From a virus: 64,000 nucleotides of DNA. The stretch is from positions 1-64,000 of IMG/VR virus record IMGVR_UViG_3300024261_000014; one strand, written 5' to 3'. Made by a program: the position numbers and the translations under genes. Below the pieces are notes generated by a model. That model saw nothing but the letters and a program-made list of their open reading frames with translations. It was not told where the DNA came from and did not search any database. This document shows, one piece after another, positions 40,484 to 49,567 of the stretch (position 1 is its first letter; each line of letters begins with the position of its first letter).

Positions 40484-41088
40484 CTTAGTGGTTCTCCTAT
40501 GTAGGTTTCTCTCATTATAAATCTTTCTCCACTTTTAAGTGGTGTAACCATATGGTTCGTAAACGATGGGAACATAAATAAATATCCTTGTTTATATGGA
40601 CATTTAAAAAAATCTTCTTTTTCATTACTAAATGCAAAATGTAAATCACCACCATCAAAATCTTTTGGGTCGGATATTTGAATCAAGCAAGCTATTTTGT
40701 TTAATGATAGTATTCCAGCATCTGTACCCGAATGCCAATTGAAATGGTCTCCCTTTTGATATTCAATAGTTCTAAAATCCCCTTGATTTCGTTCAATATC
40801 GAATTTCCAAACCCTATCATTTGTAATCTTTACTATAGTATTTAGTTTATCTACCAACCAACTATAATCATTCTTTATATTACTATTTAATTCTGGTAAT
40901 AAATATATTTCATTACAATCACGATGGTGAGATAGATTAACTTTTGTAGGCTCTTCTTCTTGTGGATTATATGTTCCACCTTGAACCCAACTATCTTCAC
41001 CCTTAACTTTTTTTACTAAATCATTACATTGTTCTACACTAAGAAATGATAAATGTATAAACCATTTAAAATCATTGTTTTCTTTCAC
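40480..41088 (-). CDS. 2OG-Fe(II) oxygenase with HxG motif (halogenase-like)
   Basis: WHSGTD where paralogs have HxD; distal H and R retained. Confidence 0.8.
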   Translation of the reverse strand: MKENNDFKWFIHLSFLSVEQCNDLVKKVKGEDSWVQGGTYNPQEEEPTKVNLSHHRDCNEIYLLPELNSNIKNDYSWLVDKLNTIVKITNDRVWKFDIERNQGDFRTIEYQKGDHFNWHSGTDAGILSLNKIACLIQISDPKDFDGGDLHFAFSNEKEDFFKCPYKQGYLFMFPSFTNHMVTPLKSGERFIMRETYIGEPLR

Positions 41089-41675
41089 CTAAAAGTATCT
41101 CCGTGTAACCAACCAACGATGGAATATCTTGAGCCAGAAAGTAATGGTGTAATTCTATGTATTACTAATGGATTAAAAATAATTACACTCCCCTTTTTTC
41201 TTGTACCCTTAACAAAACTATCACTATCTTTGGTTGTTAATGCAAACTCTAAATCTCCACCATCATAATCATCACCATCTGATAATTGAACTATAACACT
41301 TAATTTTCTCGTTGATTCATCACCTTTACCAAAATCTGGATGCCATCCATACCCATCACCCTTTACATATTTTAATAGTTTAAAATTCTCGTAAGAATCC
41401 CAATCAATATCGTAATTGAAATGTAGTTTATTAGCAACCTTAGTGAGATTTAATATTTTATCAGTAATTTTACTACTTTCTATTTGGAACTCTGTTGCTT
41501 TTCTGTAATCTCTAACCTCACTACCACTCAAACCAACAAGTTCAGCTCTACTACCATTGGTATTGATTGTGTGTTGAGATTCACCAAAACTTTTATTTTT
41601 AATAAAATCTATTTCTGAATCACTTAGAAAGTTTTCCTTTTCAATATAATACTTAAAACCATTATTTTTTTTCAT
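41085..41675 (-). CDS. 2OG-Fe(II) oxygenase
   Basis: WHPD...RKLS...YDGGDL...HRITP..SGSR. Confidence 0.88.
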   Translation of the reverse strand: MKKNNGFKYYIEKENFLSDSEIDFIKNKSFGESQHTINTNGSRAELVGLSGSEVRDYRKATEFQIESSKITDKILNLTKVANKLHFNYDIDWDSYENFKLLKYVKGDGYGWHPDFGKGDESTRKLSVIVQLSDGDDYDGGDLEFALTTKDSDSFVKGTRKKGSVIIFNPLVIHRITPLLSGSRYSIVGWLHGDTFR

Positions 41676-41691
41676 ACTTACTCTTTAAGGT

Positions 41692-41742
41692 CCTTTTGGT
41701 GGTAAGTTATGCACCACCACCACCTTTTGGTGGTAAGTTATG
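41692..41742. repeat. 20 nt direct repeat encoding an alternative C-terminal tail for the Hint protein
   Basis: CCTTTTGGTGGTAAGTTATG at 41692-41711 and 41723-41742. Confidence 0.9.
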
Positions 41743-43254
41743 AACTAATATATCACTTGAAAAATAAGTATCAATATCCTCTACATCTAATGAATAGAAA
41801 GTTTCATCGGTAGTTACTTCGACTGTTGATGTTACTTCAATAAGGTTACCATCCTTATCCATTAGTTCATCACCAACTTCAATTTCAAATGCTCTAAGGA
41901 ATTTATACTCATTTGCTCGTTTTACAAATATCATCCCCATCCAACCAAACTTATAAGTATCATTTATTATATAATGTTCTGGTTGTACATTAGAAGATAC
42001 CTCAAGTACAACTGAACCACTCGAAACACTATTGGTTAAATCTGTTGATGAATATGCTGCAAAATCGTGGTCACTTAAACTCATTCCAACTGGTTGATAT
42101 GATTTAACCACATCACCAACTTCTACATCTTGTATTTGTTTAGTACTACCATCATACATACGAATTAAACTTCCACTCGGTGTTGTAGTACCTCTATTTG
42201 CAACCAGTTTCCACTTATACCAATCATTATCTATAGATGAACTTACACCTGTAGGTGGATTTATTTGTATGTATTGTGGACTATAATAAGAACACAATAC
42301 TTCTGTATGTTGTGGTGTGAATAATATATATGCTCTACCAGTCCCTAAGTATTTATTTCCATTACCATCTAAACTACCAGAAGATGGAATAAATTTTTCT
42401 GGATAAGTAGATATACCAGTACTCGTCTCGATATCATACCAATATGTCATACTGGTGTGAACGCGCTCTTTATAATCCGAATTTGATTCCCAAGTTTGTT
42501 CAACTCCATCCGCATCTGTATAGGTAGATGAGTATATATTTCTTTGTTCTGCATTAGTTATATATGAGTTAAAACTTATATTGAATGGACTAACTAATAA
42601 TGAACCATCTTCAGTTTTAGATTTTAAAACAAAATCTGGCCAAGTTCCTACTCCACGATTAGCTGCAATTGATGATGAAGTAAAACCATCTATAAATGTC
42701 TCACCAACATTTGCACTCTGAAGTATAGTTCTAAATTTAGTTTTATCCATAGAACCAGTAGCCATTGTATATAATGTATCATCTGCTCCGTAACCATTTG
42801 GTGTATCAACGAAAAGATGAAATTTACTTGAAGATGCCTCTACCCGAGAATTAACATATGGTGCTGAACTATCATAAACAAAAGAAGAACTTATGTTATG
42901 ATTAGCGAAACTTGCGGATATACTTGAAAGTTTAGTTTGTCTTGGATTTTGCATATCTGCCCAAGTAGAACCATAAATATTTACACTACTATAACTTTGT
43001 GTAACAGCATATTGTGCAATTCTATCAAAGAAATCCGAACCTTGTACTGATAAAGGTATCTGTACACTTGGATTTGTATTAAACTCAAATATTTTTGTAT
43101 CATTACTACCACTCTCAATAGTAAAATCATATGCACCAATAAATGCTGAATAACTATGATTTGGCCAATCTCCTGCACTACCTGTTATGTAATCACTAAT
43201 TTCTTTTACTTTAGCGTTTACATCTGATTTTTGTGTATAATTTACTATACTCAT
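41707..43254 (-). CDS. Putative circularly permuted ATP-grasp domain + Hint (BIL-like) domain + tail LPPKGGGGA
   Basis: YDF...KIFEFNTN, PDFVLK, PEKFI; Hint TTPSGSLIRMYDGSTKQIQDVEVGD...FYSLDVEDIDTYFSSDILVHN (41737-42186). Confidence 0.7.
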   Translation of the reverse strand: MSIVNYTQKSDVNAKVKEISDYITGSAGDWPNHSYSAFIGAYDFTIESGSNDTKIFEFNTNPSVQIPLSVQGSDFFDRIAQYAVTQSYSSVNIYGSTWADMQNPRQTKLSSISASFANHNISSSFVYDSSAPYVNSRVEASSSKFHLFVDTPNGYGADDTLYTMATGSMDKTKFRTILQSANVGETFIDGFTSSSIAANRGVGTWPDFVLKSKTEDGSLLVSPFNISFNSYITNAEQRNIYSSTYTDADGVEQTWESNSDYKERVHTSMTYWYDIETSTGISTYPEKFIPSSGSLDGNGNKYLGTGRAYILFTPQHTEVLCSYYSPQYIQINPPTGVSSSIDNDWYKWKLVANRGTTTPSGSLIRMYDGSTKQIQDVEVGDVVKSYQPVGMSLSDHDFAAYSSTDLTNSVSSGSVVLEVSSNVQPEHYIINDTYKFGWMGMIFVKRANEYKFLRAFEIEVGDELMDKDGNLIEVTSTVEVTTDETFYSLDVEDIDTYFSSDILVHNLPPKGGGGA

Positions 43255-43292
43255 TAACTTCTCCTAATGATACTTTTATTCATATATAAATA

Positions 43293-43730
43293 TCATATTT
43301 TTACATTATAGTTACTATTTAGGAACATCTTCTGTGCTGATTTATTCCAACTATCTGATTGTGCCCACCAAGAATCCCAATCTTGGCAATATCTATGTAG
43401 TGAATTAACAATCTCACCACCTATACCTTTATTTCTATATTTAGGATTTACATAGATGTTACATATTTCCTTTGTTTCTGTATTTAACCAACCCCAACCT
43501 TGTATCATTTGTTGTGGATTAAATACTACAAACTTCCAACCATTGTCTAATCTGATTTTTGCTTTAGGTAAATCCCACATATCATCCCACTTAATTATTG
43601 AATTAAAGTAGTCTATCTCATATTGTAAATTATATAAGGTACACTCATCATAATCAAATGATGGACATAAATCAGATACTTCCGCATCTTCCCTATTGAT
43701 GTTAAATAACATCTTCAACACCTTTACCAT
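43293..43730 (-). CDS. GNAT acetyltransferase
   Basis: IYVNPKYRNKGIG acetyl-CoA motif, N.SAQKMF; probable start MLFN. Confidence 0.82.
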   Translation of the reverse strand: MVKVLKMLFNINREDAEVSDLCPSFDYDECTLYNLQYEIDYFNSIIKWDDMWDLPKAKIRLDNGWKFVVFNPQQMIQGWGWLNTETKEICNIYVNPKYRNKGIGGEIVNSLHRYCQDWDSWWAQSDSWNKSAQKMFLNSNYNVKI

Positions 43731-43854
43731 CAGTTACACAACCATCTCTAACAACTTCGGTATCTTTTATTGTCTGTACTATCTCATCACATTTTTCGTG
43801 TGATAGGAATGTTGGTATTTGAATTGAGAATTTAAATGCTTTATTTTCCCCCAT
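43702..43854 (-). pseudogene. Truncated N-terminus of another 2OG-Fe(II) oxygenase paralog
   Basis: Manual translation MGENKAFKFSIQIPTFLSHEKCDEIVQTIKDTE... resembles MKENNDFKWFIHLSFLSVEQCNDLV; stops after 50 aa. Confidence 0.7.
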
Positions 43855-45388
43855 GTCCTGGCGCATTATGAACTAATATATCTGATGAAAAGTATGTATC
43901 AATATCTTCTACATTGAGTGAATAAAAAGTTTCAGTAAGATACTTCTCTTCCACTGCAGTGACATCAATCCAATTACCATCTTTATCAAATAATTTATCA
44001 TCCACTTCTACCTCATAACCTTTTCTAAACTGAAAGTATCCCAAACCACCCCTATCCATATAGACTCCTGCTAATTGTGGAATCTTATAAGTATCATTTA
44101 TCAAATAGTATAAATTTACTTCTTCTGAATGTACATCCACAACAACTGAACCACTTGCAAAACTATCACTTACATCTGTAGAACTCCAACTTAAATAATT
44201 CATATCACTATCTGGCATTCCCAATGAACCAGAACCACCTGGTTGATACGATTTAACTACATCACCAACCTCTACATTTTGTACCAATTTAGTACTATTA
44301 TCATACATACGAATTGTTGCACCATGTGGTGTAGATGGGCCTTGGTAGGGTTTTAATGTCCACTCGTACCAATCATTATTCAGAGATGAACTTACACCTG
44401 TTGGGGCGTTTAATAATGAAAACTTACTATTATAGTAAGTACCAAGTGTAATTACTTTTTCGGGTGTTAATAATTGTACACTTCTACCATTACCTATGAA
44501 TTTTCTTGCACCATCATCACTACCTGATGAAATAATATAATCCTCTACATAATTACCCGTTCCATCTTCCACATCTATACCATAAAAGTGTTGCATACTC
44601 TCTGTGAATGGTGTACCCACACTCCAATTTACTTCATTTCCATCAGCATCTGTAAAAACACTTCCGGTTAGCTCTCTTACTTCTGCACTACTGATGTATG
44701 AATTAAATGAAATCGAACCATCAGCTGTAACCATAAATGATGCATGTTTAGCTAAATCTTTTAAAACATAATCTGGATAATCACTAACCCCTTTATTTGC
44801 TGCTATTGAAGCTGAATTAAATGCCCCAATTAAAGAATCACCACCAATTGGTGATGCCCCAAGTATAGTTCTAAAACTTGTTTTAGTAAATGAACCACTT
44901 GATATCTGATACAAAGTATCATCCGTGTTACTTGGTGAAGCTACGAATACATGGAAACTCCCCGAATTTGAAGCAGTTCCTCTTTTTGCTAAGTATTGTG
45001 CTTGGTCTGTATAATTAAATGATGAACTAATATTATATTGAGCAAAACTTGCAGATATTGTAGGTTGTGTTGCAGTAGGTGGATTATATGTTCCAAATTG
45101 AAAACTACCATATACTTGTACATCTGAATAACTTTGTGTTGAGGCATATTGTGCAATATCATCATATATGTTTCCATATAGACTACTCATCTGAGTACTA
45201 TTGATTGCAGTATTCATCTCAAATACCTTTACATCATCACTACCACTTTCAATTGTAAAATCATAACACGCAAGTATTCCTGCGTAAGATGAATCAGGCC
45301 AACCACCAGCACTACCTGTAATGTAATTAGATAGTGATTCTAACTTCGTTTCTACATCTGATTTCTGACTAAATATTGTTATTGACAT
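43841..45388 (-). CDS. Paralog: putative ATP-grasp + Hint + tail APGHGGK
   Basis: YDF...KVFEMNT, PDYVLK, YVEDYI; Hint STPHGATIRMYD...SSDILVHN (43865-44335). Confidence 0.7.
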   Translation of the reverse strand: MSITIFSQKSDVETKLESLSNYITGSAGGWPDSSYAGILACYDFTIESGSDDVKVFEMNTAINSTQMSSLYGNIYDDIAQYASTQSYSDVQVYGSFQFGTYNPPTATQPTISASFAQYNISSSFNYTDQAQYLAKRGTASNSGSFHVFVASPSNTDDTLYQISSGSFTKTSFRTILGASPIGGDSLIGAFNSASIAANKGVSDYPDYVLKDLAKHASFMVTADGSISFNSYISSAEVRELTGSVFTDADGNEVNWSVGTPFTESMQHFYGIDVEDGTGNYVEDYIISSGSDDGARKFIGNGRSVQLLTPEKVITLGTYYNSKFSLLNAPTGVSSSLNNDWYEWTLKPYQGPSTPHGATIRMYDNSTKLVQNVEVGDVVKSYQPGGSGSLGMPDSDMNYLSWSSTDVSDSFASGSVVVDVHSEEVNLYYLINDTYKIPQLAGVYMDRGGLGYFQFRKGYEVEVDDKLFDKDGNWIDVTAVEEKYLTETFYSLNVEDIDTYFSSDILVHNAPGHGGK

Positions 45389-45406
45389 AAGGTTCTCCTA
45401 TATATA

Positions 45407-46111
45407 TTATAAATATCTCTCATATAAATTTTTGGTAAATAATTCGTTAGATAAAACTCCAGCGTGGTTGCCACCAACTGCCTCATCTTCCCAACACCCA
45501 AGATATTCATCTATAACATTTGTTAGTAATCTAATTCCTTTATTTTCCAAATAATTCTCAATCAGTAATTGATTTCTGTATAGATTGTCATTATCATATT
45601 CATCGTTCTGTAAATTTACAAGTGAATCGTGAGCTAACAACCCATCATCAGTTTTCCAATAATCCCATTTACCATCAGGCTTAAAAGAGCATTTCCTACC
45701 ATCTAATGTGGTGTACTCTCTCCTATGTGGATACGTATATAAAACAACAATTAAATCTGGTTTTAAAATTTCGGTATATGATAGAACTGCTCTACTAATT
45801 GTATCATTAGATATTCCTTGAATACCACAATTAATATGTGAGTGTTGAATTTCGTTTGCTAATAAATGTGGCCATGTTTCCTCATTTCCTACACCTACAC
45901 CCAATGTATGACTGCATCCAAAAGTAAGTAACTTAGATTTTGATGAAAAATAAGTTTCTAAATCATCTCCCCTAAATCCAAGTTCATTAAATGTATATCC
46001 ACCAACTACTCTACCAGATTTATCTCCACCGACAGTTTTATGTGTTTGATTCTTTCTTGATTTTAAATCATCAAATATATCAAACTCTTTATGAGTCCAG
46101 TGCGGGTTCAA
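45407..46111 (-). CDS. SGNH/GDSL-like hydrolase
   Basis: FNELGFRG, FGCSHTLGVG, G.SND, NHAG. Confidence 0.7.
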   Translation of the reverse strand: MNPHWTHKEFDIFDDLKSRKNQTHKTVGGDKSGRVVGGYTFNELGFRGDDLETYFSSKSKLLTFGCSHTLGVGVGNEETWPHLLANEIQHSHINCGIQGISNDTISRAVLSYTEILKPDLIVVLYTYPHRREYTTLDGRKCSFKPDGKWDYWKTDDGLLAHDSLVNLQNDEYDNDNLYRNQLLIENYLENKGIRLLTNVIDEYLGCWEDEAVGGNHAGVLSNELFTKNLYERYL

Positions 46112-46346
46112 GACCTGTTCCCTTTAACATCTCGGTTGGTACTTGTCCACAATTACCACAACTAAATACTTCAATTGGAACTAATCCTTCTTGACCATTC
46201 GGTGACATTATTGCAGATATCCTTTTTATAATCGTTGATGTTATAAACAAATAATTACCACACGCCTGACAATTTAGTGTATCTGCTTTACTTAAATCTA
46301 ATTTTTGTTGTGGTTTATTTATCGGTTTTTGTGCTTTCATATTCAT
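46089..46346 (-). CDS. Zn-ribbon hypothetical protein
   Basis: CQACG...CGNCG. Confidence 0.65.
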   Translation of the reverse strand: MNMKAQKPINKPQQKLDLSKADTLNCQACGNYLFITSTIIKRISAIMSPNGQEGLVPIEVFSCGNCGQVPTEMLKGTGLEPALDS

Positions 46347-47266
46347 TTTACTTTTCCTATTATCTCAACAAACATTGCCATAGCATTTATTTCTTTATCC
46401 ACTACTACTGCATCACTTTGTTGATATTGACTTAATACTAAAATACATTCTGCGACATGTCCTCTACCCCAATCATCGACTGTATCAAACAACAACCTAA
46501 ACATATCACTAAAGTCTGTAACTTTGGAATCTGCTAATAATTGTCGAATGTTCTTGAATGCATTCTTCTTATCTTGAGTTTTCAAGATTTCTAAAACTTC
46601 TAACTTGTAATCGTTTTGTGTACTCATCGCTTCATCTATAACGAGTTTCTCTTTTACTACCTGTCTCTGAGCAGCATTGATTACTCTTCTGATATCGGGA
46701 TAACCACCATTCACTATCGTTACGATATCATCTACTTTTGCATCTACCGATTCTTTCTGTAAGATTTTCGACATATGCATCGCGACTTGTTTTCTATCGG
46801 GTGGTATAATCTGAAAGGATTGACATCTTGATTGGATTGGGTCAATTATTCTTTCAACATAATTACAAGTTAGGATAAACCTACAATGTTTTGAAAATGT
46901 TTCCATTAGATTTCTTAATGCTGCTTGTGCATTTGGTGTAATGTAATCACACTCATCTAATATTATAATCTTCATCTCTGAAAATCCAAGTGTTGATGCA
47001 AAATTCTTTACTTTATCACGAACTACATCTACACTATTCTCATCAGATGCATTAATATATAAATAATCACAATCTATATTATTAACGAGTAATTTAGCGA
47101 GAGTGGTTTTACCTGTACCTGCACGTCCATAAAGCAAAAGGTGTGGTAAATCGCCACTCTCCAAATACACTTTGACTTTACTTTTGAGATGTTCATTCCC
47201 AATGTAAGTGTCAAGTGATTGCGGCCGATACTTTTCTACCCATAAGGTATTTTTAATTTCTTCCAT
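46343..47266 (-). CDS. Clamp loader AAA+ subunit (T4 gp44/RFC-like)
   Basis: WVEKYRP, GRAGTGKTT, ILDECD, QSRC. Confidence 0.95.
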   Translation of the reverse strand: MEEIKNTLWVEKYRPQSLDTYIGNEHLKSKVKVYLESGDLPHLLLYGRAGTGKTTLAKLLVNNIDCDYLYINASDENSVDVVRDKVKNFASTLGFSEMKIIILDECDYITPNAQAALRNLMETFSKHCRFILTCNYVERIIDPIQSRCQSFQIIPPDRKQVAMHMSKILQKESVDAKVDDIVTIVNGGYPDIRRVINAAQRQVVKEKLVIDEAMSTQNDYKLEVLEILKTQDKKNAFKNIRQLLADSKVTDFSDMFRLLFDTVDDWGRGHVAECILVLSQYQQSDAVVVDKEINAMAMFVEIIGKVK

Positions 47267-47267
47267 A

Positions 47268-47828
47268 CTATTCCTTTATTGCATCTTCTTCTAAAAATAT
47301 CTGAACACTCCATCGAATACCAGATGTAATTTCATTTACCCAATGTAAATGTTTATCTGCTATCCAAACATACCCAGCATCTTGTTTCATTGTTCTAACA
47401 CCATCGTTAGTTTCAAATTGTAATTCTCCACCCTCATATTCACCATACTCTTTATCAGATAATTGAATACCAATCGTAAAACATCTCTTCCTTAGAATTT
47501 CACCATCAGTACCTGTCATAACATCATCTATATGTGGTTTAAAATAACAACCTTTACTATAGTGACATATTATCATTGAGTAACCAAGATTATCAATGTT
47601 TAAATCTAAAGTATTTGTCCAATCTTTAATCCTATCATAAACCCAAGATATATCATAAGGTGAATTACCCCAAGGCAAAGCATCTGATAACATTTTACTA
47701 CCAACTTTTTCATATTCGTTGTGGTAGACATCAACTACTCTAACTTTTAATCTAGCATATGATTTTATTTTTTCACATTCTTCTTTACTAAATAATCTTT
47801 TTTCTATTAAAGTTTTTTCCATATCCAA
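47268..47828 (-). CDS. 2OG-Fe(II) oxygenase
   Basis: PHID...YEGGEL...HWV..ITSG.R. Confidence 0.82.
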   Translation of the reverse strand: MDMEKTLIEKRLFSKEECEKIKSYARLKVRVVDVYHNEYEKVGSKMLSDALPWGNSPYDISWVYDRIKDWTNTLDLNIDNLGYSMIICHYSKGCYFKPHIDDVMTGTDGEILRKRCFTIGIQLSDKEYGEYEGGELQFETNDGVRTMKQDAGYVWIADKHLHWVNEITSGIRWSVQIFLEEDAIKE

Positions 47829-49054
47829 ATCGGTTCACAAAAAGTTTTATCTTTTGTCTTTTCCGCCAGTTCCCTTGTCTCATCTTTGAATCTATCTTCT
47901 GCTGCAGTTCCTGCACCACCACTATTTGGTCTTTTTGCCATTTCCATTCCAATACAACCTTGATACTCTGAATCAGTAAATGTTGATACAAAATCATTCA
48001 TAGGATTACAAATCTCTAACCATTTCTTACCATGAGAATTTAATCTCTTTTGTTTTGCTCCACTACTCGCATAAACATCACTTATATTCACTAATAAATA
48101 TCCACCACTTTTGATAGAACCCCATAATTTTTTAATAGTTGTCTGTAAAAATTTATCATTCCACTCATCAATAGTTTTGTATCTTACCCAACTTTGAGTA
48201 TCATCATAACTATATCTCTCAACTCCAAAATATGGTGGTGATGTAAAGACAGTATCAAACATATCTTTATATTGTTCAAAATCTACATCTTCTGCTGGTG
48301 ATTCTAAAAACTCTGAATCTTTATCAACCTCGAAGAACATATTTCTGTGTTTTTCGTAGAACTCTTTTTGTTCTCTATAGAGTGGATGGTTTTCTTTTCG
48401 TGGGTCTATCCCAAGATAATATTTACCACTCTCACTACCATAGAATCCTGCTAATCTATCTCCCCAACCTGCAGAGAAATCTAATATGTTCTCACTACCC
48501 AACTTATCATAGAGTACTTTTGCAACATTAGGTTTAAATTGAGAACAAATATACTTTCTCAAACTTAACATAATCCTAAGATTACCCGCAGTAATTTTTG
48601 GTAACTTCAAAGTATATGCAGCACCCATAAGTGATGTCATATATTTTTCTGTTTCCCAAGTTCTCTTTGGACCTGGTGCAATTGTTCCATCCACACTCCA
48701 ACGATTTACTTGTTGGAAGAAATTACTGGCAGCATTACCTATGTTAACTCTTCTAAAGTATTGTTGTTTACCCTCAAATTCTAAACCATATCTGTATGCA
48801 GTTCCCTCACGAGCAAACCACTCTCCCTCTACCAAAATTTCATTATGTCTCATACCCTTTAACTTCATTAAAGCTTTGTAGGCATCATCCTCTGAAATAG
48901 TGGCATAGGGAATCTCATAAGTCATTGCTACTTTAGCAAGACTTTCTTTGACATCATCCTTTTCGAATGTTTCTTTGATATACTCCCATTCTTTCTCATC
49001 TATTTCAAGATAAGGAGTCATACCTTTAAATTTATCAAAATATTCTAAATACAT
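47807..49054 (-). CDS. Amino-type DNA methyltransferase (N4-C or N6-A)
   Basis: LDFSAGWGDRL motif I, FTSPPYF motif IV. Confidence 0.8.
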   Translation of the reverse strand: MYLEYFDKFKGMTPYLEIDEKEWEYIKETFEKDDVKESLAKVAMTYEIPYATISEDDAYKALMKLKGMRHNEILVEGEWFAREGTAYRYGLEFEGKQQYFRRVNIGNAASNFFQQVNRWSVDGTIAPGPKRTWETEKYMTSLMGAAYTLKLPKITAGNLRIMLSLRKYICSQFKPNVAKVLYDKLGSENILDFSAGWGDRLAGFYGSESGKYYLGIDPRKENHPLYREQKEFYEKHRNMFFEVDKDSEFLESPAEDVDFEQYKDMFDTVFTSPPYFGVERYSYDDTQSWVRYKTIDEWNDKFLQTTIKKLWGSIKSGGYLLVNISDVYASSGAKQKRLNSHGKKWLEICNPMNDFVSTFTDSEYQGCIGMEMAKRPNSGGAGTAAEDRFKDETRELAEKTKDKTFCEPIWIWKKL

Positions 49055-49557
49055 TATGATTTCTCGAAATTAAAAAACTTCCTCACTGCTGCAGAATCTG
49101 GTGTAACCCAATTACTACCATTGGTTGCAGTCTGTTTAGGTGTTGGGATATAATTATCACTCAACAACTCTTCAAACTCAAACCAATCCAACATATGTAC
49201 TTCACAATCGTGTAATCGTTCCATACTATGAATAGATTCCCTAACTTCCTTACTTAAACCACTATATGGATGTAAGATATGGATAGAACCACCAGCAAGT
49301 TCATACTTTCGTACATACTTATCTACTTTGGTTGCTATCTTCTCATCTATACTTCCAGCAGTTCCAGTACTTACACAATCCAAATACACCCTACCAAATT
49401 TAGTACTGATTCGGAAATCTATACCCCTATTTGGTGTATAAGTGTAGTGTATCTTTTTATTATTAAGGTATTCTTCTACTTTATCTTCAAGTTTCTTACC
49501 GCGTTTATTTGCAGTATGAATCCCTAATTGGGCTTTATCAAGTATATTATTTGCCAC
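49054..49557 (-). CDS. Restriction-endonuclease-like PD-(D/E)XK protein
   Basis: G..LE, GIDF...YLDC, GSIDEK; coupled to the MTase. Confidence 0.5.
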   Translation of the reverse strand: MANNILDKAQLGIHTANKRGKKLEDKVEEYLNNKKIHYTYTPNRGIDFRISTKFGRVYLDCVSTGTAGSIDEKIATKVDKYVRKYELAGGSIHILHPYSGLSKEVRESIHSMERLHDCEVHMLDWFEFEELLSDNYIPTPKQTATNGSNWVTPDSAAVRKFFNFEKS

Positions 49558-49567
49558 TTTTGACTCC

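Noticed and set aside
41737-44335. Canonical splicing inteins in the two 515 aa proteins
   Set aside because: The +1 residue is Leu or Ala, block B TxxH is absent, there is no endonuclease and only a tiny C-extein; treated as BIL-like Hint domains
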